A stretch of 64,000 bases of DNA from Kiritimatiellia bacterium (GCA_040768005.1 JAXGNL010000001.1:7008-71007), one strand, 5' to 3'; positions 7,011 to 16,123 are shown, counted from the stretch's first letter. Notes: generated by a model from the letters alone, not told the origin. Made by a program: numbers and translations.

Positions 7011-9509
7011 TCAATGAGCACCTCTGGGTTTGCGAATTTCCAGGGGAGGAGAGAACGGGCTTTCGAGGCCGTCCCGGTCCACAGCCGTTACCATCACCAC
7101 CAGTTTGCGGGCAAGGGATTCGACGGGGAGGAAACAGTCCGCCGTTTCCGTCACGGCGAGTTCGTCCAGCCCCATGAAGCGCTTGTTCAGGACGCGGTAG
7201 CGGGCGATGTCGCCCTGCGGCGGGGGGGTCCAGCTCAGCCGGGCACCGTCTTCGCTCCATTCCACGTCGAGGTTCGCCGGAGCGTCGGGGAGGGATTTCG
7301 TGGAGCCGGCGACCACGTCGGACCAGTCGCTTTCGAGCCCGTCGGCGTCCACGGCCTTGACGCGGTAGTAGCGGGTCAGGTCCGGGGAAAGGCTTTCCTG
7401 CTTGAGACCGCGCGTTTCGCCGACGGGGATGCGGGCGGCTTCGGCGAAGCCGCCGTCCGGGGCGGGCGAGCACTCCACCACGTATTCGGCGATGTCCGCT
7501 TCCCGGTTGGCGCCCCAGACCAGGCCGATGACGCGGGCTTTGCCCTGAGAGATTCGCAGACCGGTCGGAGCATTGGGCACCACCTTGGTGACGGCACCGA
7601 CCGGATCGCACCAGTCCGAGGGGGTGCCGGCGGTATTGATGGCCCGGACGCGATACGCATAAGCGGTGCCGTCCTGCAGGGGGGTGTGCACGCTGGATCG
7701 CATGAAGCGGCCGGTTTCGTCGCCGGTATCCGCATGGCGGCAGGTGTCGCGCCCATCCACCCGGGCGATCGCGGCAAAGGGGCCATCGCCTTCGGCGCGT
7801 TCGATTTCATAGGCGACGGTTTTTTCGTCGGACGAGGGATCCCAGGCCAGTTCGACCCGGCGCGGCAGGCCGGTCACGGCGGAGAGGCCTTCCACCGGCG
7901 GCGGCGGGGGGCGGGTGGCGGCCACGGCGATTTCCGAGTCTTCGCTTTCGGCGGACACCGAATTGACAGCGCGGATGAAGTAGCGGTAAGCCCGGTCGTC
8001 TTCGAGGCTGCCGGGGTCGCCGCCGCCGTCCAGCCAGGCGGTGGTTTCGCGTCCCGTGGCGGAACCCACGCGGGAGAAGGGGGCGGCTTCGCTGTCCGCG
8101 CGATAGATGTCGTAGCGGACGATGTCCGGCGCGGGATGGACGTCCCAGGTGAGAGGCACACAGCGGACTTCAAGGCTCATGGCTTCGAGGCCGGCCGGGG
8201 GCTCGGGCGGGGGCAGGGTGGTGATGTCGACCGGCGCCGAGGCCTCGCCCACCGAGCCGACGCGGTTGACCGAGCGCAGGCGGTACCAATAGGGAGTGGA
8301 ATCCGCCAGCGGGGAAGCGGGGGTTCCGCCTTCTTCAAAGGGGGATTCAGACACGTCGCCGACTTCCACGAACTCCCCTTCCGGATCCCCGGCGCGTTCG
8401 ATGCGGTAAGCGGTCACGCCCTCGGAGGCCGGCGGCTCCCATTCCAGGCGGACGGCCCGTCCGGCGGGGGCCGAGGCCTGGATGTTCACGGGAGGGGCGG
8501 GGGGAGGGGCGGTCATGCTTTCCATGGCCGGCGAGGGCGCGCTTTCGAGTCTGGCGCGATCGATGGCCACCAGCCGGTAGTAGTAGGTGGCGGCATCCTG
8601 CAGGGGTTCGCCGCGCGAGCCGGCATCCGCATGGCCGCCCCGGGAAGCCGCCACGGTGGCGATGGGAACAAAGGGACCTTCGGGACGGTCCGCCCGTTCG
8701 ATGCGGTATTGAAGGGAGCGGTCCGCCGGCGGATCCCACTCGATTGCCACTTCGCGCAGGCCGAAATCCGACACCGCGAAACCGCCCGGAGGGTTCGGCG
8801 GGCGGGTTTCGGGAATGGCCGCGGGGCCGGAATAGCCCACCAGGTCGTCGGGCCGGTCCCGATCGCCGCGGGCATCGTCCCGCTCCTTGCTGACCACGCG
8901 CTGGACTTTCCAGTTCTGGACCACCGCGGCGACCATTTCATGCACCACGTCCCGGGCATGTCCCGACAGGGTGTCGAGGGGCGATTCGGCGCGTCGGGCA
9001 TGCCCCACGCTCCACATCACCCGCCCGGTGTCGCAGTCAATCAGCCGGATGGACGCGCCGACGACCGGATAGGCGCGGCCGCGGTGGGCCACCGTGCCGT
9101 ACTCGTCCACCGTGCCCAGAATGACGCCGTCGGCGCCCAGCATGCGGCCGGCTTCGATGGCCGCGGATTCCGACAGGCCGGAGAGCGCGAATTCGGTTTC
9201 CCCCAGCACGCGGTCGATCTGTCCGCGTTCCACCAGGGTGTAGCGGCGGGCCCGCAGCATTTCCGTAACGAAGATGTCCGAGACGGAGGACCCGATCAGG
9301 TCGGTGGGGGCTTTGAAGGGCAGCACGGCCACCTTGGAGATGGAAGAAGCCACGGGCGCGACATAGACGTTGGCGTCGGTCTTGGTGCGGGCGAAGTATT
9401 TGACGTCCTGCGCGGACGCCGCGGCGATGCCCAGGCATCCCGCGATGGCCGCCGCCAGCCCCATGCGTCTGGTCCAACCGTTCCTGCCTTGCCGCCAACC
9501 CGCCATCAT
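7011..9509 (-). CDS. lipoprotein: CsgG/TolB-N-like domain followed by about six fibronectin type III repeats
   Basis: Track ORF 7011..9527 begins at a TTG. The ATG at 9509 has GGAGG 8 nt upstream. Lipobox AIAG|C. The N-terminal ~190 aa (VAVLPFKAPTDLIGSSVSDIFVTEMLRARRYTLVERGQIDRVLGETEFALSGL...) is paralogous to 827..1393. It is followed by ~90 aa repeats of the form PPxPxGL...WxxxxxxxxxxYxIxR......YxYRVxAVnxxGxxS. Confidence 0.8.
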   Translation of the reverse strand: MMAGWRQGRNGWTRRMGLAAAIAGCLGIAAASAQDVKYFARTKTDANVYVAPVASSISKVAVLPFKAPTDLIGSSVSDIFVTEMLRARRYTLVERGQIDRVLGETEFALSGLSESAAIEAGRMLGADGVILGTVDEYGTVAHRGRAYPVVGASIRLIDCDTGRVMWSVGHARRAESPLDTLSGHARDVVHEMVAAVVQNWKVQRVVSKERDDARGDRDRPDDLVGYSGPAAIPETRPPNPPGGFAVSDFGLREVAIEWDPPADRSLQYRIERADRPEGPFVPIATVAASRGGHADAGSRGEPLQDAATYYYRLVAIDRARLESAPSPAMESMTAPPPAPPVNIQASAPAGRAVRLEWEPPASEGVTAYRIERAGDPEGEFVEVGDVSESPFEEGGTPASPLADSTPYWYRLRSVNRVGSVGEASAPVDITTLPPPEPPAGLEAMSLEVRCVPLTWDVHPAPDIVRYDIYRADSEAAPFSRVGSATGRETTAWLDGGGDPGSLEDDRAYRYFIRAVNSVSAESEDSEIAVAATRPPPPPVEGLSAVTGLPRRVELAWDPSSDEKTVAYEIERAEGDGPFAAIARVDGRDTCRHADTGDETGRFMRSSVHTPLQDGTAYAYRVRAINTAGTPSDWCDPVGAVTKVVPNAPTGLRISQGKARVIGLVWGANREADIAEYVVECSPAPDGGFAEAARIPVGETRGLKQESLSPDLTRYYRVKAVDADGLESDWSDVVAGSTKSLPDAPANLDVEWSEDGARLSWTPPPQGDIARYRVLNKRFMGLDELAVTETADCFLPVESLARKLVVMVTAVDRDGLESPFSPPLEIRKPRGAH

Positions 9510-9625
9510 AATCCAACCTCCGGACAAGTAGTTCTGCGTTCAGTTCAAGCATGCAGAATCCGGGGCCGGAAACAAGGCAAATTGCCCGCTTGGCGGATGA
9601 TTTTGCCGTCCGGCCGGAGCGCGGC

Positions 9626-11254
9626 CTAGCCCTTGCAGCCGGCGGGGATCCGGTACAGGCCGCCCGAGGCCGTCACCAGGTCTTCCAGCGAATGCGCAGG
9701 CAGCCGGTCGGGGGTGGCGGATGCGGGATCAATGCCGAGATCGGCGACGGTCCGGATGATGCCGGCGGAACGCAGGGTGTCGCGTGCCGCGGCGGTCGAA
9801 GTGGCGCCAACGGGTGTATCACCGGCCACCGCGGCCACAGCCTGCTGGCGGGTCTCCGGATCGGGGCATCGGTCCAGGTAGGCAATGCCCAGTTCCGTGA
9901 CGATATGCGTGACCTGGTCGCCGGCGATCATCACGGGCGGTTCCGGGAAAATGCCGTCCCGGTGCAGCTGCTGGGCGTCGAGCTCCTCGACAAAGACCGG
10001 AATGTTCTTCTTTTCGGAGCGGGTGGGGGTCATCTGGACCACCAGCTTGCGCCCGCGAAAGACCTGTTCGCGGGTGCCGCCCGCGGCCGCCGTGGCGGCG
10101 GTGTTGTGGCGGCGGCCCGGCGGCGTGCCGCCGAGATTGGGCGCGCCGCCGAAGCCGGCGATCATGCCCCGGATGGCGGTGGAGGAGTTGCCGAAGCGGT
10201 CCATCTGGAGCGTCGCGCCGATGAACAGATCAATGGCATAGAGGCCGGCGATGTGCGCGCAGCACCGGTTGGAGCGCATGGAGCCGTCGGGGCCGACCGC
10301 AAAAATGTCGGGACGCGCCCGGATATAGTCCTCCATGCCCGGCTCGCCGCCGAAGGCATAGATGTGTTCGACAAATCCGGCCTCGATGGCGGGGATCAGC
10401 GTGGGATGGGGATTGAGCACCCAGCGCGTGGCCACCTGTCCTTTGAGGCCGAGTTCCGCGCCGTAGGTGGGCAGGAGCAATTCAATGGCGGCGGTGGCGT
10501 AGCCGAGCCCGTGGTTGAGCGCCTGCACGCCGTAAGGCTGGTAGATGCCCTTGAGCGCCATCATCGCCATCAGGATCTGCTGGTTCGTGATTTTGCCGGG
10601 ATTGCGGGTGAACAGCGGCTGCAGGTGATAGTCCTCCTCCGTCACCACGATGAAATCCACCCATGAGGCCGGAATGTCCACGCGGGGAAGCTGCGCCTGC
10701 TTCTGGCGGACCTGCACGATGACAACGCCCATTTTGAAGCGCGCCGCTTCGGCGATGACCGGAGAATCCTCGGTGTTGCCTCCGGTGTAGATGTTGCCGG
10801 CTTCGTCGCAGGCTTCCGCGGCCAGGATGGCGACCTGCGGATACAGGTCCACGAAGTAGCGGCCGTAGAGTTCCAGATAGGTATGGATGGCGCCGATCTT
10901 GACCTGGTTGGCGGCGGCCAGCTGATAGAGGGCCTTGGACTGCGGCCCGGAATAGGCGAAATCCAGGCGGTCGGCGATACCCCGGCGGAACAGCTCGAGA
11001 TGCTCGTCCAGGACCAGGGTGGATTGCGTCATGTGCAGGTGGTTCACCTTTGCGGGATCCAGCTGGACCAGTTCACGCGCGAAGAAATCCGCCTGCTTCT
11101 GATTGTCGCCCTCGATGCACACCCGGTCCCCGCTGCGAATCACGGACTGCAGCAGCGCCAACGCATCGGTTTTGGCCACGAATTTGCCGCGGGCGAGCGG
11201 GGCGGCGGCCTGAAGGCGGGAGTGGTAACTGTCGCGAAGATGGTCGAATTTCAT
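9626..11254 (-). CDS. mdcA: malonate decarboxylase alpha subunit-like CoA/ACP transferase (orphan)
   Basis: Strong recalled similarity to MdcA along the whole length: GDRVCIEGDNQKQADF, IGAIHTYLELYGRY, LPRVDIPASWVDFIVV, LNHGLGYATAAIELLLPTYG, LNPHPTLIPAIEAG, IGATLQMDRFGNSST, GFGGAPNLG. The ATG at 11254 is preferred over the TTG at 11260. Confidence 0.6.
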   Translation of the reverse strand: MKFDHLRDSYHSRLQAAAPLARGKFVAKTDALALLQSVIRSGDRVCIEGDNQKQADFFARELVQLDPAKVNHLHMTQSTLVLDEHLELFRRGIADRLDFAYSGPQSKALYQLAAANQVKIGAIHTYLELYGRYFVDLYPQVAILAAEACDEAGNIYTGGNTEDSPVIAEAARFKMGVVIVQVRQKQAQLPRVDIPASWVDFIVVTEEDYHLQPLFTRNPGKITNQQILMAMMALKGIYQPYGVQALNHGLGYATAAIELLLPTYGAELGLKGQVATRWVLNPHPTLIPAIEAGFVEHIYAFGGEPGMEDYIRARPDIFAVGPDGSMRSNRCCAHIAGLYAIDLFIGATLQMDRFGNSSTAIRGMIAGFGGAPNLGGTPPGRRHNTAATAAAGGTREQVFRGRKLVVQMTPTRSEKKNIPVFVEELDAQQLHRDGIFPEPPVMIAGDQVTHIVTELGIAYLDRCPDPETRQQAVAAVAGDTPVGATSTAAARDTLRSAGIIRTVADLGIDPASATPDRLPAHSLEDLVTASGGLYRIPAGCKG

Positions 11255-11349
11255 GGGCAATCATCCTTGGGTGAACAGGGATCTTCTACCTGAGGCGGCG
11301 CGAAAACACCAACGAAGAATTCCGATGGCGGCCGGGTTCAGCGGTCCGT

Positions 11350-11919
11350 TCAGAGCATATCCAGCAGGGCGGCCTGCAGGGGATGCGTTGGCGGTTTCAG
11401 ACGGTAGGAACGGCCTTCGCGGAAGAGCCAGCCGGTTTGCCGCAGGATGGCCAGATGCCGGGTCAGGTTGCTGGGGGCGGTGCGCAGTCGGCCGGAGAGC
11501 TCTTCCATGGATGCTGGTTGCTTCGACAGGATGCGGACCAAGGCCACCCGGCGTTCGCTGGCCAGGCCTTTGGCGATCCTCTCGATGTGCGGGTCGTCAG
11601 AGCGTTCCGTGGGCCAGAGGTATTTCAAAACGCGGAGCAGGGGGGCCGCCGAGGGAACCAACGGATCCGAAACGGGTGTATACACGATCGCCGGACCCCG
11701 GCTTGTTCGCCGGATAAGCCCGCGTGACTGGATCCGGCGAAGCTCCTGGCTGGCGTCGGATATGCCCGCGCCCGCTTCCTTTGCCAGTTCCAGGACATTC
11801 CAGGCCCGGGCGAAGAATGACGTGCCGAAGCAAGTCAGCCGCACGCGGCCGCTCAAGACCCGGCAGGTTCGCCAAAGAGTGGGACTTAAAGGGGGGGGAG
11901 CCATGGCTTCTCCGATCAT
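11350..11919 (-). CDS. ArsR/SmtB-like transcriptional regulator with two winged-helix units
   Basis: 189 aa. The second unit RVALVRILSKQPASMEELSGRLRTAPSNLTRHLAILRQTGWL is a typical ArsR-type HTH. The first unit (NVLELAKEAGAGISDASQELRRIQSRGLI) is more divergent. Confidence 0.55.
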   Translation of the reverse strand: MIGEAMAPPPLSPTLWRTCRVLSGRVRLTCFGTSFFARAWNVLELAKEAGAGISDASQELRRIQSRGLIRRTSRGPAIVYTPVSDPLVPSAAPLLRVLKYLWPTERSDDPHIERIAKGLASERRVALVRILSKQPASMEELSGRLRTAPSNLTRHLAILRQTGWLFREGRSYRLKPPTHPLQAALLDML

Positions 11920-11923
11920 CGAT

Positions 11924-12037
11924 ATGATTGTTTTATAAAACTGTCATTATATTTGCAATACCTTATTAAACTTATAAATGTATCTATATATCAAGCATAT
12001 TATCGAATAGAATATGATTGATTTATAAAACAATCAT
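11924..12037. promoter_or_regulatory. AT-rich islet with two 24-bp palindromic operator-like sites upstream of the ArsR-like gene
   Basis: ATGATTGTTTTATAAAACTGTCAT at 11924-11947 and ATGATTGATTTATAAAACAATCAT at 12014-12037. The arms are ATGATTG/CAATCAT. The centres are 90 bp apart. The first site abuts the start codon at 11919. Confidence 0.45.
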
Positions 12038-12103
12038 GCCGGAAAGCAGCGGAACCGGATTCAAGAGGCGGGCCGAGGTGCAGATGCAGGCGAAGCCGGG
12101 CTG

Positions 12104-14785
12104 TTAGTTGCGATCGATCAGGTTCTGTAGGACATAGGGAAGGATGCCGCCGGCGAGGTAGTAGTCGATTTCGATGGGGGTATCCATGCGGTTGCGGAGG
12201 CTGAAGGTGGTTTCCGACCCGTCGGGACGCCGGGCGGTGGCGTGGTGGAGCCCGCCGGTCTGCAACGGGCCGTCGCCGCGAATCGTGAGGACTTCCGTGC
12301 CGTCCAATCCGAGGGTGTCGGCGGTTTGGCCGTCGGTGAATTCGAACGGCATGATGCCCATTTCGACGGGTGGGCGGTGGATGCGCTCAAAGCTTTCGGC
12401 GATGACAGCACGCACGCCGAGAAGCAGGGGGCCCTTGGCGGCCCAGTCGCGGGAACTGCCCGCGCCGTAGAGTTTGCCGGCGATGACCACGGCGGGAACA
12501 CCGTCTTTCTGGTACGTCATGGCGGCGTCGAGAGATGCTCATTTCTTCGCCGGAAGGCTGGAGGCGGGTCCATCCGCCCTCCCGGGAGCATGCGGTTGCG
12601 CAGGCGGACATTGGCGAAGGTGCCGCGCATCATGACTTCGTGGTTGCCGCGGCGGGAGCGTAGGAATTGAACTGCTGATGGGGGGAATGCCTCGCTCGAA
12701 CTTGAATGGCGTGCGGCGGGGATTCGCCCCGGCGATGGAACCGGCGGGCGAGATGTGGTCGGTGGTGATGAAATCGCCGAACGGTCCGAGAACGCGGGCG
12801 CCGGCGTGTCCGGCGAAGGAGCCGGCACGGAAAGGAAGGACGGTTCGCGCACATAGGTGGAATCGGGTCGCCAGTCAAACACGGGCCGGTCGGCGACTTC
12901 GATGCGGTTCCATTCGGGGGTGTACCGGTTGACATCGCGATAGGCATCGGCAGGACTCGATGGCTGGGCCGCCGCGGATATCCAGCTGGCGGGCGAGGCC
13001 GGGACAGCAGCGCAGGAACACCGGTTGTCCGCCGGCATCCGTGCCGATCGGGTCATGGTCGAGATCAATGTCCACGCGTCCGGCGAGGGCGAAAGCGAGA
13101 ACCAGGGGGGGAACAGAGATAGTTGGCCTTGCATTGGGGATGGACGCGGCCCTCGAAGTTGCGGTTGCCGGAGAGGACGGCGGCGGCGACAAGATCCTGG
13201 TCGCGGATGGCGGCGGCGATGTCGTCGCGCAGGGGGCCGCTGTTGCCGATGCAGGTGCCGCAGCCGTAGGCGGCGACGCCGAAGCCGAGTTGTTCGAGGG
13301 CGGGGAGCAGGCCGGTATTGGCCAGATAGGCGGTGACGACGCGCGAGCCGGAATGAGGGGAGGTTTTGACGAAAGGCGGCACGGCGAGGCCGCGGGCGAC
13401 GGCTTTCCGGGCAATCAGGCCGGCGGCGAGCAGCAGCACGGGGTTGGACGTATTGGTGCAGGAAGTGATGGAGGCGATGGCAATGGAGCCGTGCCGCATT
13501 TCGGAGCCGTCGGGGAGCGGAGTGACGGTGTTCAGGCGGCCGGCGGGCACGCCGAAGCCGCCGGCGTCGGGCGCGGCGGGGAGGGCATCGAGGAAGCGCT
13601 GCTTGATTTCGCCGACAGGCTGGTGGTCATGAGGTTTCTTGGGGCCGGCGATGGAGGCGGCGACCGTGGCCAGATCGAGTTCGATCGTACGCGAATAGAT
13701 CGGATCGGGGAATTCCGGTCCTGGAAAAGGCCCTGGAGGCGGGCATAGCGTTCGACGAGCGCGCACTGGGAGGGTTCGCGGCCGGTCATGCGCAGGTAAG
13801 CGATGGTTTCGGCGTCCATGGGGAAGAAGCCGGTGGTGGCGCCGTATTCGGGGGCCATGTTGGAGAGCACGGAGCGGTCGGCGAGAGAGTTTGGCGCAGC
13901 CGAGGCCGAAGTATTCGACGAACTGGCCGACGACGTTATGCTGCCGCAGGAGGCAGGTGACGACGAGGGCGAGATCGGTGGCGGTGACGCCGGGGCGCAG
14001 GGCGCCGGTGAGCCGCACGCCGGTAGCGACGGGGGGCAGCAGGGCGATGGGCTGGCCGAGCATGGCGGCTTCGGCTTCGATGCCGCCGACGCCCCAGCCG
14101 AGAACGCCGAGGCCGTTGATCATGGTGGTGTGCGAATCGGTGCCGACGAGGGTGTCGGGCCAGGCGAGGAGGAGCTGTCGGCCTGGGGTTCGGTGTGAAC
14201 GCCGCGGGCGAGGAATTCGAGGTTGACCTGATGGCAGATGCCGACGCCGGGAGGCACGATGCGCAGTTTCCGGAAGGTCTGCTGGCCCCAGCGGAGGAAT
14301 TCATAGCGCTCGCGGTTGCGGTCGAATTCGATCTGGATGTTCCGGTCCAGGGCATCGGGAGCGGCCGCGCAATCGATCTGGACGGAGTGGTCCACGACCA
14401 TGTCCACGGGAATGAGCGGCTCGATGAGGCCGGGATCGCCGCCGCGGCGGACGACTTCCGAACGCAGCATGGCGAGGTCCACGATGCAGGGGACGCCGGT
14501 CAGGTCCTGCAGCAGGACACGGGAGGGCAGAAACGGGATTTCACCCCCGGCGGGGGCGCCGGGCTGCCAGCGGACGAGGGATTCGACATGGCGCCAGTGG
14601 TAGGCCGGATGGGATTGGTTGCGCAGGGCGGATTCAAGCAGGATGCGGACGATGTAGGGCAGCTGGGCGATAGGCGCGCCGCGGAGGGGTTCCAGGGCCG
14701 CCAGGCAGTGATAGGCGATGGTCTGGCCGTCGTGGATGAAGGTCTTGAGGCTGGAAATCGGTTGGCTCATGGGGGCTCCTGTCAT
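12104..14785 (-). pseudogene. acnA: aconitate hydratase A, disrupted by multiple frameshifts
   Basis: Aconitase motifs are spread over at least five track ORFs in all three minus frames. Examples: GICHQVNLEFLARGV (14120..14785), [38 protein letters not shown] and [35 protein letters not shown] (13065..14123). Further examples: [16 protein letters not shown] (13532..13870), [11 protein letters not shown] (12875..13414) and RRGNHEVMMRGTFANVRLRN (12517..13134). The last is SSRDWAAKGPLLLGVRAVIAESFERIH (12104..12520). Confidence 0.8.
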
Positions 14786-14848
14786 TTACAAAACGCTCAA
14801 GGAAAATACAGGCGGACAGGATTTGGGGCAATCCCAGAATCCGATGGG

Positions 14849-14919
14849 TTTTCCACAGCATGGAAAACTTTTCGAGGAATTTTCCACGGTATGGAAACTT
14901 TTTTCCAGGCTGTGGAAAA
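14849..14919. repeat. ~71-bp element of three TTTTCCA-N5-TGGAAAA palindromes (copy 1)
   Basis: TTTTCCACAGCATGGAAAA (14849-14867), TTTTCCACGGTATGGAAA (14880-14897), TTTTCCAGGCTGTGGAAAA (14901-14919). The reverse complement of 62570-62641 aligns along the whole length. Confidence 0.8.
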
Positions 14920-15146
14920 CGGACAAAATGTCGCAGCGGGAGTGCGCAAATTGTCGCAAGTGACACACGGGCGGTTGGAGATCGGGAGGGGGGGGCGGCG
15001 GGGGATTGCCGGTATTCGGTAAGGAGGAAAAGGAGCGCGGGAAAAAATCGGTTTTGTGAAAAAAATGGCACGCATTCTGCAAGCGCGGTTTTCATGTTCC
15101 ATGGATGTGTGCGTGCAGCGAATCCGGAGATACAGGAAGAGGAGCC

Positions 15147-16100
15147 ATGATCAAAGTCGAGCATCTGGTCAAGCGGTTTGGCCTGCGGAAGGCCGTGGAT
15201 GACATTTCGTTTGAAGTGGAAAAAGGGACGGTGCTGGGATTCCTGGGCCCGAACGGGGCGGGGAAGACCACGACGATCCGGATGATGGCGGGATATCTGC
15301 CGGCGACCTCGGGGCGGATCTGGGTGAACGGGATCGACGTGAACGAGGATCCGGTCCGTGCGCAGCGCCAGATCGGCTATATGCCGGAGAATACGCCGCT
15401 GTACGACGAGATGACGGCGGGCGGGTTTCTGGAATTCGTGGCGGAGATCCGGGGCTTCCGGGGGGCGGAGCGGAGCCGCCGGGTGGACGAGGTGCTGGAC
15501 TCGTGCATGCTGGGGTCGGTGCGGCATCAGCCGATTGAAACGCTGTCGAAGGGATACCGGAGGCGGACGTGCCTGGCGCAGACGCTGATTCACGATCCGC
15601 CGGTGCTGCTGCTGGACGAGCCGACGGAGGGGCTGGATCCGAACCAGAAGCAGGTGGTGCGCGACATGATCGAGCGGATGGCGAAGGACAAGATCATCAT
15701 GCTGTCCACGCACGTGCTCGAGGAGGTGGAGGCGGTGTGCTCGCGGGCGATGATCATCAGCGAGGGCCGGCTGAAAGCAGACGGCGCGCCGGCGGAACTG
15801 AAGAAGCGCAGCGCGAGCTACAACGTGCTGACGGTGGAGGTGCTCGCGCCGGCGGAGGAGGCGGCGAAGGTGTTCGGGGCGATCCCGGACGTGGAGCGGG
15901 TGGAACCGGTGACGGAGGCCGGCGGCAAGCAGGTGCTGCGGTTGATTCCGAAGGACCGGCAGTCGCTGGCGGTGGGGGTGATCGAGGCGGCGGCGCGGCA
16001 TAAATGGATGGTGGTGGGGATGCGGAGCGATTCGGGGCGGCTGGACGAGGTGTTCCGGCAGATCACCACGACGGACGATGTGATCCGGCGCAGCGCCTGA
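15147..16100 (+). CDS. ABC transporter ATP-binding protein (ABC-2/GldA-like)
   Basis: Walker A GPNGAGKTT, signature LSKGYRRR, Walker B LLLDEP. The ATG at 15147 is preceded by GGAAGAGGAG. Confidence 0.85.
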   Translation: MIKVEHLVKRFGLRKAVDDISFEVEKGTVLGFLGPNGAGKTTTIRMMAGYLPATSGRIWVNGIDVNEDPVRAQRQIGYMPENTPLYDEMTAGGFLEFVAEIRGFRGAERSRRVDEVLDSCMLGSVRHQPIETLSKGYRRRTCLAQTLIHDPPVLLLDEPTEGLDPNQKQVVRDMIERMAKDKIIMLSTHVLEEVEAVCSRAMIISEGRLKADGAPAELKKRSASYNVLTVEVLAPAEEAAKVFGAIPDVERVEPVTEAGGKQVLRLIPKDRQSLAVGVIEAAARHKWMVVGMRSDSGRLDEVFRQITTTDDVIRRSA

Positions 16101-16123
16101 GGGCGGAGAAGGAAGGACGGACC

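Noticed and set aside
4633-9629. Very long plus-strand ORFs (4633..7017, 794 aa; 7014..9629, 871 aa). Similar giants occur elsewhere: 16567..18993, 24385..27186, 27053..28909, 31140..33932, 34699..36678, 51995..55717 and 60615..62738.
   Set aside because: They run antisense to genes with clear family motifs. Their products are dominated by R/G/A/P/H low-complexity sequence typical of shadow frames in high-GC DNA, and they lack any recognisable motif.
9626-11919. A malonate utilisation (mdc) operon.
   Set aside because: Only the alpha-subunit homolog is present. No mdcB/C/D/E/G/H-like ORFs lie within several kb on either side.
12104-14785. Programmed ribosomal frameshifting as an explanation for the split aconitase.
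   Set aside because: At least ten frame changes in both directions, without shared slippery motifs, cannot be programmed recoding. Pseudogenisation or local sequence error are the realistic options.
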